The notes beneath the pieces were generated by a model. The model saw only the letters and a program-made list of their open reading frames with translations, ran no database searches and was not told where the DNA came from. A stretch of 64,000 bases of DNA from Lingula anatina. Lineage: Eukaryota > Animalia > Brachiopoda. The stretch covers positions 6,448,001 to 6,512,000 of the forward strand of contig CM120645.1 of NCBI GenBank assembly GCA_051362555.1, given 5' to 3'. The translations under genes and the position numbers were made by a program. Below, one piece after another: positions 1 through 10,382 of the stretch (within the stretch, counting starts at the first letter, position 1; every line of letters begins with the position of its first letter).

Positions 1-416
1 AATGAACAAATCAAACTGTCAACAGGTAAATCAAAATGTTTAGATATCTATCATTAATGAAAGCTGTCTTTACTAAAAACTGAGATCTAATGAAATTATT
101 TTCACTTTTTTTTTCTTTCAAGGGTACAAATAGGACGATGTGTAAGATTAAGACTATCTAAGATACAGGGTGATTAATTCAATGTACAACAAAGGATTCA
201 TACGTCAAAGCCAATTGGAAACCTCAACCACTGACGACTGCTTTGCCAGAGTTGAGTACAACTCAAGTTCAACTTCAAGAGATGTACCTTAATTGAACCA
301 ACTTGCAATATTAATGTCGATAAAAATGTGTTATCTAACAATTACTAGCATGCCTGAATGCACTTCAGGCTAACCTGGACGCTGCAAATCAAACAGAGAA
401 CATTTTGAACCCTCAC

Positions 417-620
417 CTGTTCACCAGAACTGCACACCCACGCCACCTTGGCCGCCTGTGAAGGCACCAGCCTTGTCACGTTGATTTCACCTGGACGGAT
501 AACTTCTATCGTAAATGTTCCGATAGAGGGCAATACTGCTGGCAAAGGAACAATATATCGAAAGTAGCGTATAACTTGCTCCCCCAGTGTCTTTTGATAA
601 CTTAATTTCAACCCTGAGAC
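417..620 (-). CDS. Unidentified divergent gene, putative coding exon 2 (gene continues off the left edge of the window)
   Basis: Acceptor ttttttctag|GTC and donor GAACAG|gtgagg; 204-nt open phase-0/0 frame VSGLKLSYQKTLGEQVIRYFRY...VCSSGEQ. No recognisable family. Confidence 0.5.
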
Positions 621-704
621 CTAGAAAAAATATTGATCTTATATCTATTTTAGTTGAGCAGAAATAACAGACTTGCTTATTGTTCACATGGCAATTAATT
701 TTAC

Positions 705-731
705 CTGAAAGCGCTTCTTGCATATAAACAT
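705..731 (-). CDS. Unidentified divergent gene, putative coding exon 1 (MFICKKRFQ)
   Basis: ATG at 731 and donor TTTCAG|gtaaaa; phase 0 joins in frame to exon 417-620. An out-of-frame upstream ATG at 742 makes the start choice uncertain. Confidence 0.45.
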
Positions 732-832
732 AGCAGCGCCATCTTCAGAAAGATAACACCGCGAAATTCACACGTGTGGTTAGGTGTTGACAGAAAATAC
801 GCTTAAAAATTTAGTCGTTTCAGCAATAGCTG
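732..832. promoter_or_regulatory. Bidirectional promoter region and non-coding first exon of the Tudor gene
   Basis: Head-to-head genes about 100 bp apart; palindromic E-box CACACGTGTG at 769-778; YY1-like AAGATGGCG on the minus strand at 737-745; strong plus-strand donor TG|gtgagt at 832/833. Confidence 0.55.
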
Positions 833-1173
833 GTGAGTAGAATTTGCACAGAAAGAAACACCACTAAGTGAAGCTCTTTTTATTTATATTATAGCTTTAG
901 CCTCTTTATATACCGCTCTAAAATGCTGAATTATATCTCGCCAAATTTGTTGGAAATTACTACAGGCAGTGTTAATGTTTCAAAATTCCAAAATTGCCAA
1001 CGATGGGTTTTTATTTTGCACCCTTTGTAGTATATGATTGCATTGGCTGTAAGGGGTTATTAGTCAGATCGAGATAGAAAAAAAAAACTAATTGATACAA
1101 ATTATTAAAATTTTTGTGTCTTTAGACTTAGTTGTTGATAGTTTTTCCCCTATTTTAATCTTTGCAGACAAAG

Positions 1174-1302
1174 ATGTCCCGAAAAAATAAAATGTGGGAA
1201 GATGGAAAGAAGAAGGTTATGGAGAGACTCGGTGAGATAGAGGACCTGCAGAAGAATCTAGTGAACTGTATTGAAAACCTTACAGGGCCTGTATGCAGAA
1301 AT
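1174..1302 (+). CDS. Tudor gene coding exon 1 (MSRKNKMWEDGKKKVMERLGEIEDLQKNL...; helical or coiled-coil-like)
   Basis: Acceptor tttgcag at 1167, aagATGt start, donor AAT|gtaagg, phase 0. Confidence 0.85.
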
Positions 1303-1739
1303 GTAAGGTCATTCATCAATACCATAAGTATTATTATTATTATTTCTGTTTTGTTTTATTTAAAACAGAATAATCTAAGGCAAAGCAAATTTTTGAGCCA
1401 TACTTTACATAAAGTCATTTCAGAGAACAACTTAATCTCAGACACCCCACCCCCATGCATACACAGAAACTAACTCCCATGGGAAGCCCCGGACTATCAC
1501 TGAATGCAGTGGGAATAAAGTTAGTTCGTATAAACTAAGTTGATAAAACACATTCTAAACTGTCGCTAAGAAAACTGGTCATTTGGACACACCAGTTAAG
1601 TCTTTTTTCGGTCTAAGATGTCGTTGACGTGTACTTGATTGAATTATTATTTTTCATTGAAAACCACATCAGAATAATCACTGTGAAGTCTAGGTCAGCT
1701 TAAGTTGAACATATCTAGAGGGGTTTTTTGTCATCCTAG

Positions 1740-1863
1740 GGACGGGCTCTGCTGGAAGTCCAAGACAAGTCACAATTCTTGCAGAAGTATGCCTCTGTCA
1801 TGCAGAAAATGGAAAAGTGCAGAAATGCTCTGTTCCTTGCATCAATGACCCTTGATGAACAAG
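1740..1863 (+). CDS. Tudor gene coding exon 2 (GRALLEVQDKSQFLQKYASVMQKMEKCRNALFLASMTLDEQ)
   Basis: cctag| acceptor, CAAG|gtaaga donor, phase 0 to 1. Confidence 0.85.
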
Positions 1864-2281
1864 GTAAGAAATTAAACCTTTATGAATGTTTTGCTCATGA
1901 ATTTATCCATTGGGCTTTTTATAGTTAAAACTATAGGTGGTATTGTTGATGACCCTATTGTCCTGGTTTTTCAGCTGTGACCATACATTTGTACTGTATA
2001 ACATGTTTTATCAAACTTAAACTTCATGATTTTCCTGGATGTTCAAAGTAAATCAGGTTTTACTCTTACAGGTTGATGAGGTAGATGTTGCATCTTATAC
2101 ATGGGGAATGCACAGTTCATGTGTGGATATGTCTTCTTTTTGTGTGTTTTGAAAAAAAGTGTAATTTAAAGTATAATTTGAATTATTGTGTATGGCCGAG
2201 TAAAACTTATTCATCATAGAAATGTTAATGTTTTAATGACATTCTGTTCTGAATATTATATTTTTTCAACAATATTTGCAG

Positions 2282-2859
2282 AAGAAAACCCAGAGTCTGT
2301 TTATCAGAACCCTGCTTTTGAAACCGAAATCTCCAGCAGTAAGGGAGCCTGTCATGATCAACATTTGGAAGGTGCTGCTATCTTGAACTCTTCTCAACCA
2401 CTACAAACTAGTGCTGTCACCTACAGTACACCACCAGGTCTGGTACCACTGGATAGTGCTTCCACCTACAGTGCACCACCAGGTCTAGTACCACTAGATA
2501 GTGCTGTCACCTATAGTGCACCTACTGTTCTGTCACAGATTGTCAGTGAACAAAACACAAACTCTGTTACATCAGCCACTAGTGGAAAGGAAGAAAGTTT
2601 TGTAGCCAATATTTCAGCATCCTTCATCCCACCTACAAACTCAGATGGACTGCTTGGTCTTAAAGCTCCCTCAGAGGCATCTGATACCAGCAGAACTTCT
2701 CTCTCAAATATAACAAAAAATACAAAGGAGGGCTCACAAAGAAAGAAAGCAGCAGGGAAAACACTGAAGAAGAAAAGAAGTAAAAGTAAAAAGGATGTAG
2801 TAGGTGACACAGACAGTAGGTCTACCAGTACAGGTGCAGGTTCTAGTGCTACATCAAAG
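2282..2859 (+). CDS. Tudor gene coding exon 3 (S/T-rich disordered region, 15-aa repeats, basic KKKRSKSKK patch)
   Basis: ttgcag| acceptor, AAG|gtaaat donor, phase 1 to 0; lies within ORF 2188-2871. Confidence 0.85.
2410..2525 (+). repeat. Coding 45-bp (15-aa) repeat SAxTYSxPPGLVPLD, about 2.5 copies
   Basis: Visible in both DNA and translation. Confidence 0.9.
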
Positions 2860-3076
2860 GTAAATTTTTAGTATGTTGCATTTAAAGCTACTTTGGTAAC
2901 TTTTATCTGGGCATTTTCTTCATAAGTGCTTAGGTTTTTTCTTATGTGAAGCTCATTAATATTGCAATGGGTCATTTACTCTATTTATGCCTATTTTTCA
3001 ATCATACTGATTCATACGTGGACATATATGATGTTTATACATTTTAATAAGTGTAAAGTAATTTTGATTTGAACAG

Positions 3077-3240
3077 TCTTCACTTCAGTTAGCAAAGCCA
3101 TTGGGTCAGTGCATTATTCCTACCATGTCATTTGTGGAAGGCTGCTCACTAGATGTTATTATCACAGAAGTCACAAGTCCCTGGTTTTTCTGGGCACAGC
3201 CAGCTCTCTCTGAGGCAGAGGAACTGGAGACCAGAATGTG
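3077..3240 (+). CDS. Tudor gene coding exon 4 (start of eTudor-1: LDVIITEVTSPWFFWAQ)
   Basis: gaacag| acceptor, ATGTG|gtaggt donor, phase 0 to 2; V-I-T-x-V-x-S-P-x-x-F-W-x-Q extended-Tudor motif. Confidence 0.88.
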
Positions 3241-3533
3241 GTAGGTGTTCTTGTGATTGTGTTCCTATGGGTCTACTAAGAGATTTTAAAAAGTTCTTTA
3301 GCCTGTTGTTTAACCTAGTTGACCAAGATTTGTAACAGATTATTTAAAATTAATTTTGGAAAAAAATTTATTTTTGAATTGCATTCTTCGATATTCATAC
3401 ATTCAGCACATTCTGATGCTGAAGAATAGATAGAGGAATGTGCCAAATGTTTTTTTGTTTTTTTTTTGTCTTAATATCAGTAAAAAAATATAAAGTGGTA
3501 ATTGGATTCAAAGTAATTTAAAAATCAATTTAG

Positions 3534-3658
3534 GGTCTTCTATGAAAAGGGACATGAAGAATATAAGCTGCAAAGTTTGCCTACAATGGGCAGTTTTGTG
3601 AGTGCCAAATACAATCATAACAACAGCTGGTATAGAGCCAAAGTCATGGAAGTCTGGG
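3534..3658 (+). CDS. Tudor gene coding exon 5 (eTudor-1: GSFVSAKYNHNNSWYRAKV)
   Basis: ttag| acceptor, TGGG|gtatgt donor, phase 2 to 1. Confidence 0.9.
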
Positions 3659-3659
3659 G

Positions 3660-3870
3660 TATGTATTCTCTTTCAAGCCACGGGCATTAATGTGTTCTCT
3701 TAAAAGAGTTGGGCATTAATGTATTTTCTTCCAAGAAATGGATGTAAATGTACTATTTCTTTAAAAAAGACAGTCATTAAGGTATTCTCTTAAAAGAGAT
3801 CAGCATGAATGTATGCTGTTACAAGAGATGGGGATTAATGTGTGCTTTTAAAAGAGATGGGCATTAATCA
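3660..3870. repeat. Degenerate ~30-bp tandem repeat (GGGCATTAATGTGTTCTCTTAAAAGAG)
   Basis: About 7 copies filling Tudor intron 5. Confidence 0.75.
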
Positions 3871-3905
3871 CATTAAAAATTAATAGTTATTTGTTGTATT
3901 TGTAG

Positions 3906-4060
3906 ATGCCAGGCCAGAAGATGGTTGTAGCCAAGGCGAAGTTGATGTCGTCTATGTGGATTATGGGAACAGAGAGCGCTTGCCATTGGACAGAGTCCGC
4001 CACCTGGCTCCTGACTTTGCCCAACTTCCAACCCAAGCTTTCTATTGTGCTCTCTCACAG
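3906..4060 (+). CDS. Tudor gene coding exon 6 (eTudor-1: VDVVYVDYGNRERLPLDRVRHLAPDFAQLPTQAFYCAL)
   Basis: ttgtag| acceptor, CAG|gtagct donor, phase 1 to 0. Confidence 0.92.
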
Positions 4061-4149
4061 GTAGCTGGATTCACTGTGATCGATACGTGTTGTGTGATTA
4101 TGTATATTTATGAATTGTGATTTTGGGTGCTTGGTGTCAAATTGGATTG

Positions 4150-4340
4150 ATGTTGTGTTAGGTGTGACAGTGTGTTTAGTGTAATGTTTGGTTTGACATT
4201 GTACTAGGTGTGACTGTGTAAGGTTTGACACTGTGTTAGTTGTGACTGTGTAAGGTTTGACACTGTGTTAGGTGTGACTGTGTAAGATTTGACATTGTGT
4301 TAGATGTGACTGTGTAAGGTTTGACATTGTGTTTAGTGTC
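4150..4340. repeat. ~30-bp minisatellite (TTAGGTGTGACTGTGTAAGGTTTGACACTGTG)
   Basis: About 5-6 degenerate tandem copies, related to the 8288-8790 unit. Confidence 0.85.
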
Positions 4341-4806
4341 ACAGAGTGGTGCATCTTGTTTGACGTAACAAAGTCTTTTGTTACTATTAGTTGTTATTGC
4401 CTTAGATTTTAAATGTAACAATCTACAGTATTAATAAGAGCTAGTGGAAACAGGGTCACATGTGACATTGCATTTGTTTTGTTAGATATGTCTGATATGT
4501 TTTGCACACGATACCTAGTTTCTTTTGACCTAAGTATGATGTATAGTTATGTAATTGATTGAACATATTATTACGAACACCTCAAAATGTATGATTTATT
4601 GCCGTGTATTAACTATAAAATAGAGTGCTTGCAAATCAATAATAAGTATTTGTTACATAGGTGCTGTCAATAATACAAAAAAAAAATTAATGAAACCAGG
4701 CACTTGATGTGTTAGTTGTGACTGTGCATGGTTTATGTACTCTAAGCAAGCCACAGATTGAATTTTGTTTTTTTTTTCATGTAATTTTGTTCTCTCATTG
4801 TTTTAG

Positions 4807-6995
4807 GTTGCGCCACCAGATGGCAGTGGTGTATGGTCTTCAGAGTACAACCTGATATTTCTCCGCCTGGTGGAGAACAGGATCCTGCATGCCTCCATAT
4901 CCAAAGAGCCAGACTGTCCTCTTTTATTCCTGGAGCTCCACTTCCCTGGTCAACCACTACCGGTCACTGCGGCCACAGGGGGCATGGTCAGTGGACCCAT
5001 CACAAGCATCATGGAGAGTGTCGGAGACTTGATGAGAAAGTATAACGCTGCCAAAATGATGTCCAATGCTGAGATTGCTTCCTATATCTTTCCTAAGTCA
5101 CCTCTTCACTCTCCAGCAGAAGAAGGTGCTCCCTCACAGTCGTCTGTGTTAGTGCCACCAGAGGGCAGCAATTTACAGTTTTGTGCAGACGACACTCAAG
5201 AGAAACCAGATGGAATGGTTTCCTTAGCAGAAATTGTAGTGCCAAATGCAGTGACCTCTGGTGCTGGGTCAAAAGAACTGAACCAAGTTGGAGGTGCAGA
5301 ACTTGGACGTAAATGTGGTGAATTTAGTTCAGACTCAAAAGGTGACAGGAAAGTAATGGGTGAAAAAAGTGACAGAAATACAGAGTCTGCAAGTGGTGAC
5401 AGAAATACAGAGTCTGCAGGTGGTGACGGAAATACAGAAGTGGCAGGTGATGACAAAATAACAGAGCCCGCAAGTGGTGACAGAAATACAGAGCCCGCAA
5501 GTGGTGACAGAAATACAGAGCCCCCAAATGGTGACAGAAATACAGGGCCCACAAGTGGTGACAGAAATACAGAGCCTGCAAGTGGTGACAGAAATATAGA
5601 GTCTGCAGCTGGTAACAGAAATACAAAGTCTGGTGACAGAAATACAGAGTCTGAAAGTAGTGAAGCCAACACAGCAAGAAAGGCTGACACCAACACAAGA
5701 ACCTCCCCATCTGATTTAGGCCTAGTTGTAGACAAGAAGCCAATTGCTGTGCAGGTTGAGACAGAAACTGACAAAGTGGAAAATGGAGCCAATGAAATTC
5801 CTTCTACAGAGCCTTCAGGTCAAACCAAAGTGCAACCCATCGGGGAGAAAATTGTGCAACCTCAACTTGAGTATAACGATGATGATCTTGCCAATGAGAT
5901 TGCTGATTTATCTTTTGATGAAATACTTGACAAGGAGATTGAAGCCTCTAGAAATGCCAATGCCAATGCAGCTGATCTTGAATTGGGACAGATCACCAAT
6001 GCCTCTCAGGAGTCCAATCCCAATTTGCAAGAAGATAGATTTGTAATGACACCAAGAAAGGATCAGGAAAGAGAATTCTCAGATGTACCTGACTCTTCAG
6101 TTAAATCAGTGGGGGCAGAAAAAATCATTACACCTCAGCAAAGGCTCAAGAGTTTGGGGTTTCCAGAAAGGCTGCCAATGAGCTGTGAGTTTCAGCAAGA
6201 ATTTCAAAGTTGGCTGTCAGAAAATGACACAGAGGATGATTCCTCAAAACTTGGCACTGCAACTGGAGGCCTGGGGGAAGATTGTGAAGTAGAGCATTTT
6301 TCAGAGCCAGCAAACAAAAAAATAGCTGAAGGGTCTGTCATGGCAGAAAAAGCTGATGGACAGAAAAAGAAAACTGCAAGATCCCCTTTAACAGTAATAA
6401 CCCCTAATAAAGATACATCAAAAGTTGCTGTTGATTTATCACTATTGTTGAAGGACCTTTCCTCGAAAGAAAAGAACTCTGCAAGCAGCAACCTTTCCAA
6501 AACAGAGACATCTTATGATAGTTTACCCAATCAGGGGGAATCCAGATCTCAGACCACCCCAGTGAAACAGTCATGTTCCACACAGATGGAGCCACAGACT
6601 CCACCTCAAGACAGGACAGGAACATTTGGTCAACATTCTGCAGCAGCAGTGCCCATGACACTCGCTCAGTCGTGTTCTAGAACTCCATCTGGCCCTGGGT
6701 CTTCCACTCCTCGTGCTACAACGCCAACTTTCTTAAAGAGTCCAAAGTCTAACAAAGGGGTGCTGCCTGACCAGCAACTGGACATCCCAGAGGACGGTTG
6801 CCTGCAGATGATGATGTCGCACATCGAGTCACCGAATCATTTCTACGTCCATCTTGTGACCCCCAGGTCAGTCATGTTGGACCAGATGATGGACGAGCTG
6901 AATGACCATTTCAGTAAGATTAATCTCCCTGTGCTAATGAAGTTTTTTGAGGGAGATGAACCAGCCAAGCATGACATTTGTTGTGCATTGTACAG
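4807..6995 (+). CDS. Tudor gene coding exon 7 (end of eTudor-1, roughly 550-aa disordered linker, start of eTudor-2)
   Basis: ttttag| acceptor, TACAG|gttagt donor, phase 0 to 2; 2189 nt open; HIESPNHFYVHL ... DICCALY at its end. Confidence 0.92.
5365..5655 (+). repeat. Coding 30-bp (10-aa) tandem repeat, SGDRNTE(S/P)A, about 10 copies
   Basis: AGTGGTGACAGAAATACAGAG units within exon 7. Confidence 0.95.
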
Positions 6996-7218
6996 GTTAG
7001 TCAACTGACATCATGACAGTACATTTCTCTGTTTGGCACACTTTTTTTTCCACTTAAAAAGTATAAAAGTTTTGTGAATTTTTTTTCTTTTTTTGTGTGT
7101 TTAAAGTGAACCACATTAAGATATTTTGCCCAAAATTTTATAGGCTAGTAATAACTAGTTCCCAAATTATTAGTCCCACCAGTGATAGATTCATACAGTA
7201 CTTGGATTTATTTTTCAG

Positions 7219-7590
7219 GAATGATAAGAAATTCTACAGAGTAGAGGTACTGGGGATGAGGTACGAGACCAGTTCAGATACTGAAGAGTCCCAATCCACC
7301 ACCGCTTCTAGTACAGATGATACTCCCAAGTGCTGTGCTGTCAAAGTTCTGTACATAGACTATGGCAACTCGGAGTGGATCCCACGAGAATATATTTATC
7401 CACTCCCGCCAAAATTCTTTGGAATTCCACCACTGGCTTGGCGGTGTAACCTGGCCGATATTTCTCCAGTGGAGAACAGAGATGACCAGCAAGAGATTAC
7501 CCAAGATGGATGGGGATATGAGACTGTCAAAGAGTTTGAGAAAATGACTGGTTACAATGATGTGCTGCTGGGATACATAGTTGAGCCCTT
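7219..7590 (+). CDS. Tudor gene coding exon 8 (eTudor-2: KFYRVEV...KVLYIDYGNSEW...PPLAWRCNLADI)
   Basis: tttcag| acceptor, CCCTT|gtgagc donor, phase 2 to 2. Confidence 0.92.
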
Positions 7591-8125
7591 GTGAGCAAAT
7601 TTGATATCTTTGCGGGGTGGATACAGAGATATTTTTCTGACAGACTTCTTAATTATCTTTGTTGATCCATCCTACATTTTTGACCGTCTTCCGACAGAAA
7701 AAAATAGATACCCGTCAATGTAAACTTGAAAATCAAGATCAAATTTTGCTTAAAAAGAGTTTTGTGTTGATGGTGAAGAATGATCATTACTTTTCCATGA
7801 AACTATGTAAATGACTTCTATTTCAAAGCGCAGAGGTAGATTTATAACTAGAAATTTTAATTAGGATATGTTCGATATGTTGGAAGAATTGCCCATTCTG
7901 GATGTGATTTCCAGAGAGATTTTCAATATAGGATCTTTGACCAGAAATCTTATTCTGACAAAAGCACATCCCCAAGCTTGTTTTGGAGACATTAAATTCA
8001 CAGAAAGTAGGTGTCATAACATTAATTCCATCAACATATATTTACACCTTATATGCATTGACAATGTTTGAAATATTTCAGCAGTAAGGTTTGACTCAAG
8101 AAAACCAATGACTTAATATTTTTAG

Positions 8126-8241
8126 CCCCACAAGCAGCAAGCAGTCCTTACACTTGATACTGTTGAACTCAAGTGGACCAAGTGATGTCTGGGTTAATGG
8201 GGAACTAGTGAGAAGAGGACTGGCCAAGTCTGAAGTCTTTG
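8126..8241 (+). CDS. Tudor gene coding exon 9 (end of eTudor-2: DVWVNGELVRRGLA)
   Basis: ttttag| acceptor, TTTG|gttagt donor, phase 2 to 1; typical N-x-x-L-V-x-x-G-L-A SN-fold terminal helix. Confidence 0.88.
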
Positions 8242-8287
8242 GTTAGTATGGATAAAGATTGTGTTAGATGTGTCAGTGAGGCAGCAT

Positions 8288-8790
8288 TATGTTTGACAGT
8301 GTATGTCATTATTGTGTTTGATGTGACAGTATATGTCAACATTGTGTTTGGTGTGACAGTGTATGTCAACATTGTGTTTGGTGTGACAGTGTATGTCAAC
8401 ATTGTGTTTGGTGTGACAGTGTATGTAAACATTGTGTTTGGTGTGACAGTATATGTCAACATTGTGTTTGGTGTGACAGTGTATGTCAACATTGTGTTTG
8501 GTGTGACAGTGTATGTCAACATTGTGTTTGGTGTGACAGTGTTTGTCATTATTATGTTTGATGTGATAGTTTATGTCAATATTGTCTTTTGTGTGATAGT
8601 GAATGTTAACTTTGTGTTTGGTGTGATAGTCTATGTCAGCATTGTGTTTGGTGTGATAGTCTATGTCAGCATTGTGTTTGGTGTGATAGTCTATGTCAGC
8701 ATTGTGTTTGATGTGATAGTCTATGTCAGCATTGTGTTTGATGTGATAGTCTATGTCAGCATTGTGTTTGGTGTGATAGTGAATGTTAAC
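8288..8790. repeat. 30-bp minisatellite, about 16 copies (GTGACAGTGTATGTCAACATTGTGTTTGGT)
   Basis: Direct tandem periodicity; explains the spurious ORFs at 8205-8985. Confidence 0.95.
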
Positions 8791-9361
8791 TTTGGCCATG
8801 GGATGACAGCGTGTAGCACATAAGATAAGTTTTTGGTTCCTCAGCATTTTACAATAAACATTTTGGTTTGGTATGATATGTATACAAAACAAAACACACC
8901 AGGTTGTATTTAATTTGAAACTGTAAAACACATAACATAATATATATATATATATATATGCTTGGTATTGATATATGACAGTCATGCAGCATTATGTTAA
9001 GCTGGTGATATGGACTATAATGTTGTGTTACAAAATGTAAAACGACATTTTGTTAGGCGTTACAATGTTTAAGAGGTAACATTTTATTATGGGAACAATG
9101 ATCATGTACATATGAATGTGCATGTGTGAGAAAGATATCATTTTAAAAACGTAATATGGACTGTGTTAAATGGTTAATGAAATGGAGTGTGTCGCTTTTG
9201 GTGAGAAATTTTCAGTATAGTGTATAAGGTTTCTTCAGATCAGAGACATTACTTTTGAGTATGGCAAATCACAATTTTTTTTTCTGTTGCACCAAAAAAG
9301 CTTTAAAAAAATTTAATGAATATAATACATTGTTAATAAATTTAATACATTGTTTTTACAG

Positions 9362-9580
9362 GCAAAGAACAAGCACAAAAAGCAGAGGATATCTTGATGG
9401 AATCAGAGCAAAGTGTAAACCCTGGAGAAAATAATAATGCTTTGGCCCCCTTGGAAAAGAGGAGTGAGAGCCCCACAGCAGAACTGCAGAACTGGGACCC
9501 CATGGTGGAGGATCATTTATCCAATAGAAACACGTATGCCATAGATCCAGATGACCCTGGGGTAGCCACCACTGGACACG
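9362..9580 (+). CDS. Tudor gene coding exon 10 (WDPMVEDHLSNRNTYAIDPDDPGVATTG motif)
   Basis: ttacag| acceptor, CACG|gtaaga donor, phase 1 to 1. Confidence 0.88.
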
Positions 9581-10239
9581 GTAAGAGTGTGCATGTGCAT
9601 GTGCATGTGTAAATGTGTATGTAAATGTCTGAGTGAATATGTAAATATGTGTGTGCATGTGTATCAGACATTTTGAAAACTCTGGAAGAACTACTAGTCC
9701 TTTGCTGGTATTTCATACCAGTGTAACATGAAAATCTGACTCCCGCAGTCAAAGTTACGTAATAGGTGACTGGCAACCACAGATTGCTGCTGGTCCTTTT
9801 TATTTTCACCTGCTCCAAAATTTCTTGGAAAAGTTATCTATGAAGACATTTTTCTGTGTATGGGTTTAAAATCCAGCATACAAGATGGAAGGATTTTATT
9901 TCAAAATTTTCATTGGTTCCGAACTCTTTCTTTTGACATTGGTCTATTTGCCTAGCTGAAAATTTATATTGATTCAGAAGTAATTTGTCTGAATAATTTG
10001 TTGCTAGTCAGTCAGTTCTGCTTTAAAATGGGAAAATCCAACCTTCTGACCTAATATATCGAATGGACAACCAAAGAAAAATAAAGTGCCCAGAATATGA
10101 GTTTTTTAACAATGCAAACGTTATTGTTAATGATTCAGTTATATTGCACATTACACTTGACATTGAATCAACATCTTAATAGTATTGACCCAGCTGGTTT
10201 TGTAATAACCCCATGGCACATGGCAATTCAATAATCAAA

Positions 10240-10382
10240 GTTCAGAAATGCAACCGAGACGAGAAAATCGGGCCTTAAGTGAGGACAGGAGATGAGTAGA
10301 TTTGCATCCCCAGATATTACCTGACTCTACAGCAATATCTACAAGACTCGGGCAGGTGTCTCACCATCTACGATCATATTAG
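10240..10382 (+). promoter_or_regulatory. Candidate alternative non-coding exon (possibly GPCR 5' UTR)
   Basis: Perfect donor TTAG|gtaagt at 10382/10383 after a GC-richer stretch; no long ORF. Confidence 0.25.

Noticed and set aside
5196-6661. Antisense ORFs opposite Tudor exon 7 (also 2511-2810)
   Set aside because: Shadow frames of a repetitive coding exon, with no splice or homology support.
8288-8790. CRISPR-like regular repeats (also 27322-27522 and 5365-5655)
   Set aside because: Units are head-to-tail with no unique spacers, the context is eukaryotic, and there are no cas genes.
8205-8985. Long ORFs on both strands (VTVYVNIVFG, HTKHNVDIHC and TVTPNTMLTY repeats) resembling membrane or His-rich metal-binding proteins
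   Set aside because: They are translations of a stop-free 30-bp intronic minisatellite; the real exon ends at 8241.
10292-10324. ATG upstream of the 10382 donor as an alternative coding first exon
   Set aside because: The frame closes after 10 codons (MSRFASPDIT*).
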